A stretch of 64,000 nt of DNA, from the NCBI GenBank assembly GCA_958296175.1, contig OY282448.1, positions 1,584,012 to 1,648,011 of the forward strand, written 5' to 3'. The notes below the pieces were generated by a model, which saw nothing but the letters and a program-made list of their open reading frames with translations, had not been told where the DNA came from and made no database searches. Shown here piece after piece: positions 1 to 8,362 of this stretch; the stretch's first letter is position 1; every line of letters starts with the position of its first letter. The position numbers and the translations under genes were made by a program. This stretch comes from an uncultured Chloroflexota bacterium (GTDB taxonomy: Bacteria > Chloroflexota > UBA11872).

Positions 1-666
1 GCGCACGTAGAGCGCGTCGTGCGTAATCTCTTCGTAGGTGTCGATCAGCTCGTGCTGCGAGAGCGCCGTGCCGCAGCGCGCGCACCAGGGCATGGCGCGC
101 TGCGCCGCTTCGATCCAGCCGCGCTGGTGGCAGCGCCGCAGAAACTGCCAGATGTGCTCGATGTTGCCGTCGGCATGGGTGTAGTAGGAGTCGTCCCAGT
201 CCATCCATTGCCCCAGGCGCACCGACTGCGCGGTTTGCACGGCGGCGTAGGTGTCCACGCGCTCGCGGCAGGCGTCGGCAAAGGCTTCCAGGCCAAAGTC
301 CTCGATGTCGCGCTTGCTCTCGAACCCCAGCTCCTTTTCGACTTCGACCTCCAGCCACAGGCCCTGGCAGTCGAACCCGTTCTGGTAGCGCTGGTGGTAG
401 CCGCGCATGGCGCGGTAGCGCTGGTACACGTCTTTGTAGGTGCGGCCCCAGGCGTGGTGCACCCCCATGGGATTGTTGGCGGTGATGGGCCCGTCGATGA
501 ACGACCAGCGCGGGCCGGCGGCGTTCTTGGCGCGCAGCCGCTCGAACGTCTGGTGCTCCGCCCAGAAGTCCAGGATGCGCCGTTCCATGGACGGAAAATC
601 CAGCTCGGCCGGCAGCGGCTGGAATGGCGAGGCGGCAGCGGCGTCGGACGGGTCGTCGCGGTGCAT
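1..666 (-). CDS. ileS: Isoleucyl-tRNA synthetase type 2, 5' part (continues beyond the window start)
   Basis: Manual translation from ATG at 666: MHRDDPS...ELDFPSMERRILDFW...WSFIDGPITANNPMGVHHAWGRTYKD...YQNGFDCQGLWLEVEVEKELG...LGQWMDWDDSYYT...PWCARCGTALSQHE. This is the IleRS2 N-terminus. Not in the ORF track because no stop lies inside the window. Confidence 0.95.
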   Translation of the reverse strand, partial: MHRDDPSDAAAASPFQPLPAELDFPSMERRILDFWAEHQTFERLRAKNAAGPRWSFIDGPITANNPMGVHHAWGRTYKDVYQRYRAMRGYHQRYQNGFDCQGLWLEVEVEKELGFESKRDIEDFGLEAFADACRERVDTYAAVQTAQSVRLGQWMDWDDSYYTHADGNIEHIWQFLRRCHQRGWIEAAQRAMPWCARCGTALSQHELIDTYEEITHDALYVR

Positions 667-670
667 GCCG

Positions 671-1393
671 TCAGTCCTGGAGCGCAATTTCGAGCCGGCG
701 GTTGATGCGGCCTTTGTTGACGGCGTTGACGATGGCCGCGCGCCCGACGTCGCGCGTGTTGGCCACGTGCGTGCCGCCGTCCGCCTGCCGGTCGAGACCT
801 TCGATCTCGACGATGCGAATTTGCGTGATGTGTGCGGGCACCAGGTTGACGTGCGTGCGGATCAGGTCGGGCAGCTGCATGGCCTCGGCGCGCGGCAGCT
901 CGTAGGCGCGCACGGGCCGCGCGGCCTGCACTTCGGCGTTCAGGCGCGCCTCGATTTCGTCGCGCACGTCGTTGATGCGCACGCCTTCCAGCGAGAAGTC
1001 CATGCGCGCCTTGGCCCCGTCCGCGTAGATGTGGCTGCCGGTCACGTCGGCGTTCCAGCCGGTCCAGACCACCCCCGACAACACGTGCAAGGCCGTGTGC
1101 AGGCGCATGAAGGCGTAGCGCAGGTCCCAGTCCAGCGCGCCGGTCACGCGGGTTCCGGCCGCGGGCGGCTCGCCGTCCAGACGGTGCGCAATCGCGCCGC
1201 CCTGCCGGCGCACGGCGGTCACGGGCCAGACCTGCCCGCCCGCGCGCAGCTCGCCGGTGTCGCCAGGCTGGCCGCCGCCCAGCGGATAGAACGCCGTGCG
1301 GTCCAGCACCACGCCGTCGGGCCGCACCGCTTCCACCACGGCCTCGAACTCGCGCATGGAGCTGTCGACGTAGAAAAGCGCTTCCGATCCCAT
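671..1393 (-). CDS. alaX: AlaX-type free-standing aminoacyl-tRNA editing protein
   Basis: VVLDRTAFYPLGGGQPGDTG, MRLHTALH (HxxxH) and QADGGTHV motifs. Start set at ATG 1393 (MGSEALFY). Confidence 0.9.
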   Translation of the reverse strand: MGSEALFYVDSSMREFEAVVEAVRPDGVVLDRTAFYPLGGGQPGDTGELRAGGQVWPVTAVRRQGGAIAHRLDGEPPAAGTRVTGALDWDLRYAFMRLHTALHVLSGVVWTGWNADVTGSHIYADGAKARMDFSLEGVRINDVRDEIEARLNAEVQAARPVRAYELPRAEAMQLPDLIRTHVNLVPAHITQIRIVEIEGLDRQADGGTHVANTRDVGRAAIVNAVNKGRINRRLEIALQD

Positions 1394-1404
1394 TGCCGTC
1401 CTGC

Positions 1405-1692
1405 GTGAAATGCAACGACTCGCCCCGCACGGGACGAGTCGGCAGACCCGCGGTACCACCCGCGTTGCGCCGCCCGTAACTTGGGCGGCGCCGCTCGACC
1501 GGCACACGCGCGAACGCGGATGCCGCTGCGCCGATGACGGGGCGCAACCCCGGCCGGTTCTACCGGCTCCCCAGGAGCGTTCGACCGGCGGCTCGGGAAG
1601 GATGTTCCGACAGGACCCAGACCGCCCGGCTCGCACCATCCCCGGGCTCGCTGCGGCGGAAACCCTGTCGAACGCGTTTCCGTCAAAGCCGT
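1405..1692 (-). promoter_or_regulatory. T-box riboswitch with Ile (AUC) specifier
   Basis: Minus strand shows Stem I apex GCAGCGAG...GGTGCGAG, specifier loop GAAC-ATC (ATC at 1603-1601), F-box-like CCGTCATC, T-box AACGCGGGTGGTACCGCG (1466-1449), and hairpin CGACTCGTCCC-GTGC-GGGGCGAGTCG followed by TTGCATTT. Confidence 0.9.
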
Positions 1693-1831
1693 TCGTGAGA
1701 CGCCCAGAGTTTCGCCGCTAGGCCGTCCCAGGTCAAGACGTTTGCCGCCCGCCGCGCCCGCCCCGCGCCCGCCGAACGAGCGTCGGTACGGTACGCGCCG
1801 GTACGGGACGCGCCGGTTGCGCGGCGGCGGC

Positions 1832-3085
1832 TCAGAACGCCGCGGCGAGCCCCAGCCGGCGCTTGCGCGCCACTTCACGGCCGCCCAGATAGACCGCCGC
1901 CGTGCGGGTGACGCGGCAGATGTTCTCGGCCGCGTCGCCGTCCACCACCAGCAGATCGGCCTGCAGCCCCGGCGCGAGCGTTCCGGTGACCTCGCCCAGG
2001 CCGATCGCGCCGGCCGCCGCGCCGGTCACCAGGTGCACGGCGTCGGTCGGCGTCGTGTCCAGCGCCACGACCGCGCTGACGACCGACAGCGGAAACTCGT
2101 CGAACGGCGTGCCTATCACGCCGGCGTCGCTGGACACCACGTGCGGCACCCCCTGGGCGCGCATGTAGCGAAAGTTCGCGCCCACGCCGCGCAGCCGCTC
2201 GCGCTCGTCGGCCGGCAGCGCGTCCAGGTGGTCCACCCCGCGAAACGGCGAGCGGTTCATGGCCGCCAGCGTCATGTGCACGGACTGATGCGAGGCGTCG
2301 ATGCGGTCCACCGCGTCCGTATCCATGGCCGTCACGCCGCGCACGCCGCCGCCGGTCAGCCAGGAGCAGTGTTCCAGCGTGTCCACGCCGGCGTCGATCG
2401 CGTCGCAGCAGCCGTCCGCCCCCAGTACGTGCGCCGCCACCTGCCGCCGCAGTCGGTGCGCGTCGCTCACCAGCGCGCGCAGCGTGGGCAGGTCGTATTG
2501 CGACGCGCCCGCCTGCGAGCCGGGCGTCATCATGCCGCCGGTGTACATAATCTTGATGAAGTCGGCGCCGGCCTGCGCCATGCGGCGCGCGGCGCGGACC
2601 ACCTCGCCGCGCGTGTCCGCGCGCAGCCCGCACCAGTGCAGGTGCCCGGCGGTGGTGGTGATGGGCGCGCCGCACACCAGCAGCCGCGGGCCCAGCACGC
2701 GCCCCGAGCGCACGGCCTCGCGCACCTGCATGTTCAGCGTCAGGTAGCCGCCCGTGTCCCGCAGCGTGGTCACGCCAGTCGCCAGCGCCTTCTGCATGTT
2801 GGTCACGGCCGTCATCACGCGCGCTTCGTTGGAGGCCGCCGCGTGGGCGCGGCGCGTGCTGGCATGGTCGGCCAGCGCCTCGAACTGCAGGTGGCAGTGG
2901 CAGTCGATCAGCCCGGGCATGATCGTGGCCTGGCCGTAGTCCACCACCCGCGCGCCGGGTTCGGCAGGGCGGGCGGGGCCGACCCGCGCAATCAGGCCGT
3001 CGCGCACCACGACCTCGGCGCCGCGCAGGGGTTCGGCGCCGGTCCCGTCGATCAAGGTGGCGGCGCGGAGTGTCAATTCAGACAC
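1832..3085 (-). CDS. Metal-dependent amidohydrolase (Xaa-Pro dipeptidase-like subgroup)
   Basis: IMPGLIDCHCH, GADFIKI, VAAH, TLEH, SSDAG and GTLAPGLQADLLVVDG motifs. Confidence 0.88.
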   Translation of the reverse strand: MSELTLRAATLIDGTGAEPLRGAEVVVRDGLIARVGPARPAEPGARVVDYGQATIMPGLIDCHCHLQFEALADHASTRRAHAAASNEARVMTAVTNMQKALATGVTTLRDTGGYLTLNMQVREAVRSGRVLGPRLLVCGAPITTTAGHLHWCGLRADTRGEVVRAARRMAQAGADFIKIMYTGGMMTPGSQAGASQYDLPTLRALVSDAHRLRRQVAAHVLGADGCCDAIDAGVDTLEHCSWLTGGGVRGVTAMDTDAVDRIDASHQSVHMTLAAMNRSPFRGVDHLDALPADERERLRGVGANFRYMRAQGVPHVVSSDAGVIGTPFDEFPLSVVSAVVALDTTPTDAVHLVTGAAAGAIGLGEVTGTLAPGLQADLLVVDGDAAENICRVTRTAAVYLGGREVARKRRLGLAAAF

Positions 3086-3239
3086 GGCACACCAGCAGCA
3101 AACGCGGACGGCGCATTATCCACGGCCGCGGCAGCGGCGTGCGCCTGCGCGGGACGGGAAGCACGCCGCTCGCCCACGCCCAGCATCCGCGCCGCGTGGG
3201 CGAGCCCGCGCGGGACGGGAAGCACGGGTGCGCGTCCGT

Positions 3240-3572
3240 TTATGCCGCCGGCGCGATTTCCACCGTTCCGTTCGTCACGCGCACCGTGTAGCTGCGTGTG
3301 CGGCGGCCCAGGGGCGGGTCGCTGATCCAGCCGTCGGTTACGTCGTAGGTCCAGCCGTGCAGCGGGCAGGTGAGCATGCAGCCGATCAGGCGGCCGGCGG
3401 CCAGCGGATAGCCCGCGTGCTCGCACAGGCCGTCCAGCGCGTGGTAGCGGCCGCGCACGTTGGCGATCACGATCTCGCCGCCTTCCAGCTGCACGCCTAC
3501 GACCCCGCCAGGCGGCGGCAGGATGGAGGCCGGGCCGATGGCTCGAAACACAGGGTCGGCCGGCAAGGTCAC
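3240..3572 (-). CDS. Rieske [2Fe-2S] ferredoxin
   Basis: CEH...CPLHGWTYDVTDG Rieske ligand motifs in 110 aa. Confidence 0.88.
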   Translation of the reverse strand: MTLPADPVFRAIGPASILPPPGGVVGVQLEGGEIVIANVRGRYHALDGLCEHAGYPLAAGRLIGCMLTCPLHGWTYDVTDGWISDPPLGRRTRSYTVRVTNGTVEIAPAA

Positions 3573-3620
3573 ACGCGGACTTCTGGCGCTGCGGGCCGGG
3601 GGCTGGCGCGAATCGGCGGC

Positions 3621-4676
3621 TCAGCCGGCCAGGTCGCGGCGCAGCACGGTCACGTCGGCGCGGCGGTCGCCCAGGTCCAGGTCGCCGGCGCGCACGTGGT
3701 CGACCTCGAACCCCGCCGCGGCCAGCACCGCCTGCCGCGCGGGCGACGCGGCGCATGCCCGCACGCGGCGAATGCCGTTGCCCGCGGCCTCGTCCACCAC
3801 GGCCTCGATCACTGCCGCGGCGCGGTCCACGTAGGCCGGCACGGCTTGAAACTCCAGCTCGGCGCTGTCCCGCCGCGCGCCCACCGCGGGCGCCCACAGG
3901 TTTGCCGACGCTGTCAGCCGCCCGCGGTCGTTCACCAGCACCTTCCAGGCGTTGGCCGCGTTGGTCTCGTGGCGCGCCAGCGCGTTGCAGAACGGGCGCA
4001 GGCAGCCGGTGGCTTGCACGGCCGGCGGCGCAAAGAACATGGACTCGGTGTAGTCCCGCACGATCCAGTCGCGGGGCTCGTGCGCCATGACCAGCGCGGT
4101 AAAGGGCGCCAGGTCGCCCAGGCGCACGTCGCGGATGCCGCCCGCGCCCGCGCGGGCGAAGAACTCGCCGTCGAACGCGGCCGCGTCTAGCCCCGGGCGC
4201 AGCGCGCGCATGGTCAGGCCGTTGAACGACGCATAGCCGAATTTTTCGTAGACGTGCTGCGCAACCGGGTTCACCGTGCCCAGGTAGCTGGCCTGGCCGC
4301 CGGCGTCCCAGAACCGCTGAACGGCCAGGCCGGTCAGCTGCTGCGCCACGCCCTTGCCGCGCTGCGCGGGGTCGGTCAGCACGAAGCCGTAGCCGCCCAG
4401 CTCGCCCGTGTCCGCGTCCGTGGCGTGCCAGGCGGCGCCCGCAATCGCGCCGTCGATGCGGCCCACCAGCAGCGTGTCGGCCAGCGAGGGGTCGGCGTTC
4501 CCGGTCAGAATGCGGCTCAGCAGCATGGTCTCCGTGGGCGACATCCAGAAGTCGAACGGCTGGGTCAAAAAGTTGAAAATCTCCAGGTGGCGGTCCGTCG
4601 CGCCGCGGCCCTCGCCCGGCCCCAGCACGTCCACCAGCAGGCGCTCGCCGCTGGCAAGCCGACGTTCCTCGTGCAT
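3621..4676 (-). CDS. GNAT family N-acetyltransferase (probably two GNAT folds)
   Basis: VLTDPAQRGKGVA acetyl-CoA motif and AQHVYEKFGY. GGAGG RBS precedes ATG 4676. Confidence 0.8.
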   Translation of the reverse strand: MHEERRLASGERLLVDVLGPGEGRGATDRHLEIFNFLTQPFDFWMSPTETMLLSRILTGNADPSLADTLLVGRIDGAIAGAAWHATDADTGELGGYGFVLTDPAQRGKGVAQQLTGLAVQRFWDAGGQASYLGTVNPVAQHVYEKFGYASFNGLTMRALRPGLDAAAFDGEFFARAGAGGIRDVRLGDLAPFTALVMAHEPRDWIVRDYTESMFFAPPAVQATGCLRPFCNALARHETNAANAWKVLVNDRGRLTASANLWAPAVGARRDSAELEFQAVPAYVDRAAAVIEAVVDEAAGNGIRRVRACAASPARQAVLAAAGFEVDHVRAGDLDLGDRRADVTVLRRDLAG

Positions 4677-4761
4677 ACCGAAATTGCCCTCCAGGCTGCG
4701 CCCGCGCGTGTCTGTGGTGCCACAATAGCGGTTCCAGAGCCTGACCAAGGAGCACACCCGC

Positions 4762-5502
4762 ATGTCGTTGCAAGGAAAAGCCGCGTTGGTCACCGGCGGC
4801 GGTACCGGCGTGGGGCGCGCCGCGGCGCTGAAGCTGGCCGCGCGCGGCGCGCACGTGGCCGTGAACTACTCACGCTCGGCGCAAGAGGCCGCCGACACGG
4901 TGCGCGACGTCGAGGCGCTGGGCGTGGACGGCCTGGCGCTGCAGGCCGACGTGGCCTCGGACGCCGCCGTGAAGGCCATGGTCGAGCAGGCCGCCGCCGC
5001 CTTCGGCCGCCTGGACGTTGTGGTGAACAGCGCCGGCACCACCGCGTTTGTGGACCACGCCGACCTGGACGGCATGCACGAGGCCGACTGGGACCGCATT
5101 CTGGCCGTCAACCTGAAGGGACCCTTCTTCGTCAGCCGCGCCGCCGCGCCGCATCTGCGCGCCAGCGGCAACGGCGCAATCGTGAACGTCACCTCGCTGG
5201 CCGGCGTCACCGGCGTGGGGTCGTGCGTGGCCTACGCGGCCTCCAAGGGCGCGCTCAATACCATGACCAAGTCGCTGGCGCGCGCGCTGGCGCCCGAAAT
5301 CCGCGTCAACAGCGTGGCGCCGGGCGCGGTCGATACGCGCTGGATGGACGACCACCGCGACTTCCTGCAGCGCGCCATCGACAACAACCCGCTCGAACGC
5401 GCGGCCACGCCCGACGACGTCGGCGACGCCGTGCTGCTGCTGGTGGAAAACCGCTTCGCCACCGGCGAGGTGCTAATCCTGGACGGCGGCGCCTCCCTGT
5501 AA
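4762..5502 (+). CDS. Short-chain dehydrogenase/reductase (FabG-like SDR)
   Basis: TGGGTGVG, NSAG and YAASK motifs. AAGGAG RBS. Confidence 0.92.
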   Translation: MSLQGKAALVTGGGTGVGRAAALKLAARGAHVAVNYSRSAQEAADTVRDVEALGVDGLALQADVASDAAVKAMVEQAAAAFGRLDVVVNSAGTTAFVDHADLDGMHEADWDRILAVNLKGPFFVSRAAAPHLRASGNGAIVNVTSLAGVTGVGSCVAYAASKGALNTMTKSLARALAPEIRVNSVAPGAVDTRWMDDHRDFLQRAIDNNPLERAATPDDVGDAVLLLVENRFATGEVLILDGGASL

Positions 5503-5556
5503 CCCACCCCGCCACCCCCACTCCGCCCTTCCCTACTCCTCTTATTCTTTTTCTTT

Positions 5557-5745
5557 CCCTCTCCCTCAGGGAGAGGGTCAGGGTGAGGGTCTTCGGTCTC
5601 CCCCTCTCCCCCCAGAAGAGAGCAGGGTGAGAGTCTTCGATCTCCCCCTCTCCCTCCAGAAGAGGGCGAGGTGAGGGTCTTCGATCTTCCCCTCTCCCCC
5701 TGGGAGAGGGCAGGGTGAGGGTCTTCGGTCTCCCCGTCTCCCCTG
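5557..5745. repeat. Four tandem ~43-44 bp copies of palindromic element CCCTCTCCC-N-GGGAGAGGG-CAGGGTGAGGG-TCTTCG
   Basis: Read directly from sequence. Same element recurs near 15.6, 38.1 and 61.4 kb. Confidence 0.85.
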
Positions 5746-5804
5746 ACGTCCACCCCCGGAGGCGCAGCCCTCCGCGCCGGCCGTCCAGCCGCTCCCGAGC
5801 CGCA

Positions 5805-5838
5805 CAAGAAGAGACCCCTGCGTTAGCAGGGGTCTCCG
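5805..5838 (-). terminator. Rho-independent terminator-like hairpin
   Basis: GAGACCCCTGC-TAAC-GCAGGGGTCTC followed by TTCTTGT on the minus strand, downstream of the zinc-finger microprotein. Confidence 0.7.
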
Positions 5839-5897
5839 CCGTTGCGAACTGTCGAGGCCGCGCCCCGCGCGGGACGGCGCCTCAGGGCGGCGCAGCG

Positions 5898-6083
5898 CTA
5901 GGCGTGCCCCGTGCCCTGGCAGGGCGAGCAGGTGCGCCAGAACGCCGTGTGCCCGAAGCTCCACCGGCGCAGGTGGCGTCCGGTGGGGGCGTAGCGCAGC
6001 GAACCGCGTCCGCCACAGCGCGGGCACGCCCCGTAGCCGCCAGACGCGGCGTAGGTGGCTCGCGGGCCAACGTAGTGAGTCAC
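5898..6083 (-). CDS. 61-aa microprotein with DnaJ-type zinc-finger motifs
   Basis: CPRCGGRG and CSPCQGTG (two CxxCxGxG). GAGGAGG RBS 5 nt before GTG 6083, with its own promoter and terminator candidates. Confidence 0.7.
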   Translation of the reverse strand: MTHYVGPRATYAASGGYGACPRCGGRGSLRYAPTGRHLRRWSFGHTAFWRTCSPCQGTGHA

Positions 6084-6163
6084 TGTTCCCTCCTCACTGT
6101 GGGAACTCCAGCCGAATCTACGTCGATCCGGCACTCGAGCCGACAATCATGCCAGCCGCTTCT

Positions 6164-6191
6164 ACTGTACCGCCTCGCCGCCGAACGTCAA
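6164..6191 (-). promoter_or_regulatory. Sigma70-like promoter candidate
   Basis: TTGACG-N16-TACAGT on the minus strand upstream of the microprotein. Confidence 0.5.
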
Positions 6192-6301
6192 GCAAATTCC
6201 GCGCACCATTCCGCAGCCGCGCCCGTCTCGGGCCCTTCGCACTCGAACGGACCTGAGGGCAAGGCAGAGCAAGGGCTTCGTCACGATCCCGCGAGACAGC
6301 A

Positions 6302-6334
6302 CAAGGGCGCCGGGAGAAGCTCCCGGCGCCCTTG
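6302..6334 (-). terminator. Strong hairpin downstream of the cytochrome c gene
   Basis: Perfect 15-bp stem CAAGGGCGCCGGGAG-AAG-CTCCCGGCGCCCTTG; weak U-tract. Confidence 0.6.
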
Positions 6335-6354
6335 CGGCGTCGTGCGTGAAACGC

Positions 6355-6912
6355 TCAGCGGGTGGGCGCGGTGCGCAGGAAGCGCACGACTTTCCAAAGC
6401 TCCTCTTCGGTCATGCCGCCGGTGTCGGTGGGCCGCGCCGCGCCGTCGATGGCGCATTGTTCGCGCAGATTGCCGCGCACGTCCGCGTTCACCTTGAACT
6501 CGGTGTGCATCGTGCCGAGCTGCTGCGGCAGGCTGTGCGGCAGGTCGCCCACGTCGTCGCCCGTGACGTTGGTGTTGCCGTGCCAGGCCTTCATGAAGAT
6601 GACGCCGTCGTTCTGGGCCTGGAACGCGTCGGTCTTGAAGCTGGCGGGCCGCGGCGAGTACAGCTGGTACTGCGGCCCGAACCCGTCGGTGGCGTAGCCG
6701 TGGCAGGTGGCGCAGGTTGTCAGGTAAATCTGTTCGCCTTCGGCCATAACGGCCTCGGACGCCTCGCAGGGGTTCTGCGGGCAGGTGCCCGCGGCCGCGC
6801 AGTCGGGCACGGGGAACTCGGCCACGCCCGGCGGCGTGCAGGCCGCAATCAGCCCAAGCGCCGCCCCGGCCAACAGAACGCCGATCCATCCACGGCGCAG
6901 CAAAATCTTCAT
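6355..6912 (-). CDS. Monoheme c-type cytochrome lipoprotein
   Basis: Signal peptide MKILLRRGWIGVLLAGAALGLIAA-C (lipobox), CATCHG heme motif, and C-terminal GMTEEELWKVVRFLR helix. Confidence 0.85.
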   Translation of the reverse strand: MKILLRRGWIGVLLAGAALGLIAACTPPGVAEFPVPDCAAAGTCPQNPCEASEAVMAEGEQIYLTTCATCHGYATDGFGPQYQLYSPRPASFKTDAFQAQNDGVIFMKAWHGNTNVTGDDVGDLPHSLPQQLGTMHTEFKVNADVRGNLREQCAIDGAARPTDTGGMTEEELWKVVRFLRTAPTR

Positions 6913-7301
6913 GCTCCGTCCCCCAACAGGCCGTCTGGCGCTGGCATGTGCAGAACCGCCACTGTAACGCGCATTGCCCCCAGCGCGCCACCCGCGCCCT
7001 GAGACTCCCCGCGCTCGTTCGTTATTCCTCTCCATGCCACGGAGCGGGAGCAGGGCCTCCGGGGTGAAGCCCTCTCGTCCTCAGACGACGGCCGCGGCAG
7101 GCGAGACCTTCGTACTCCCTCGAGCTCGCGAACGAGGCCGGGGGCGCGGCCGAGGGCAGACTGGGCCGAGGGCAGACCGGGCCGAGCGGGCTGTCGATCA
7201 GTGTCGAGAGCGATCAGTGTCGAGCGGTCGTGCACGGCGCGGCCGGGTGCGGGCTGGGACGAGGCGGTAAGCTATCGCCGATCGCTGGCTCTGGATTCTT
7301 C

Positions 7302-8186
7302 ATGCGACCCGCGCTGCACACGCTGATGTTTGGGTCGTATCCGTTGGCGCGCGTGGCGCCGGCGGCGCGTGCGCTGGGGTACGCCGGCGCGGCGCTGATG
7401 TGCCGGCCGCCGCATCTCGACCTGGACACCCCCGCGCCGTCGGCCCGCGCGGCGCGCGCCGTGCTGGCGGACGCCGGGCTGCGCGTGGTGGGGCTGGCCT
7501 CGGGCCTGGGGCGGCCGCACACCTTCCAGGGCGCCGCGGGCGAGGCGGAGCTGGACGGTGTGCGCCGCGCGCTGGAGGCCGCCGTGATTCTGGAGGCGGG
7601 CCTGCTGCGCCTCTGGGGCGGCCCCGACGGCGCGTCGGTGGATGACGCCGCCGCGCTGGCCGCGGCCGCCGCCTGGTACCGGCGCGCCGCCGATCTGGGC
7701 CAGGCGTCCGGCGTGCGCCTCACCGTCGAAGTCCATGCCCAGGGTCTGGCCTCCAGCACGGCGGCCACCTGCCGCCTGATCGACGCCATCGACCATCCCA
7801 ACCTGGGAGCCGCGCTGGACACGGGCAACCTGCACGCCGCTGCGGGGTCGGTTGGCGCGTGCGACGTGCAGGCCCTGGGCGCGCGGGTGTTCGACGTGCA
7901 CGTAAAGGACATGCGCGGCCTGGCCAACGCCGACGGCCACACGCTGCACGTGGACGGGCGTTTCTACCGCCACACCCCCATGGGCGAGGGCGGCGTGCGC
8001 AACGCCCAGGTCGTCCAGGCGCTGGCCGCCGCCGGCTATGCCGGCTGGATCGCCAACGAGTCCGAATGCGCCTGGCCCACTTGGGACGCCTCCGTTGCCG
8101 CCGCCCGACACGAGCTGGGCGAGCTGACCCGCATCATCCAGGCGGCGCGCCGTCCCTCCCCCGCGTCCGCGGCCCCGCCGAGATAG
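7302..8186 (+). CDS. Sugar phosphate isomerase/epimerase (xylose isomerase-like TIM barrel)
   Basis: LTVEVH, ALDTGN, VHVKD, MGEG and GYAGWIANE motifs. Confidence 0.85.
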   Translation: MRPALHTLMFGSYPLARVAPAARALGYAGAALMCRPPHLDLDTPAPSARAARAVLADAGLRVVGLASGLGRPHTFQGAAGEAELDGVRRALEAAVILEAGLLRLWGGPDGASVDDAAALAAAAAWYRRAADLGQASGVRLTVEVHAQGLASSTAATCRLIDAIDHPNLGAALDTGNLHAAAGSVGACDVQALGARVFDVHVKDMRGLANADGHTLHVDGRFYRHTPMGEGGVRNAQVVQALAAAGYAGWIANESECAWPTWDASVAAARHELGELTRIIQAARRPSPASAAPPR

Positions 8187-8362
8187 CTCAATGGTTACCT
8201 GCGCGCTGGAGCGTCCCTCCCCCACGTCCGCGGCCCCGCCAGCGGCCCCGCGCGCCGTTCCGACCGCCCGCGTGACGCCTGGACACCGGCAGCCCTTGGG
8301 GCGTGTTCCGGGCGCGCGCCCCCACAGATAACAGCGCGCGGCGCGCGCGAGGAGCGGACGTC

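Noticed and set aside
5557-5745. Possible CRISPR array (regular ~44-bp period with a palindrome)
   Set aside because: Units are contiguous with no unique spacers, no cas genes are present, and the same element is dispersed elsewhere.
7035-7300. Possible ncRNA in the long divergent intergenic region (short duplications GGCCGAGGGCAGAC x2 and CGATCAGTGTCGAG x2)
   Set aside because: No recognisable RNA family motif; the short duplications fit replication slippage.
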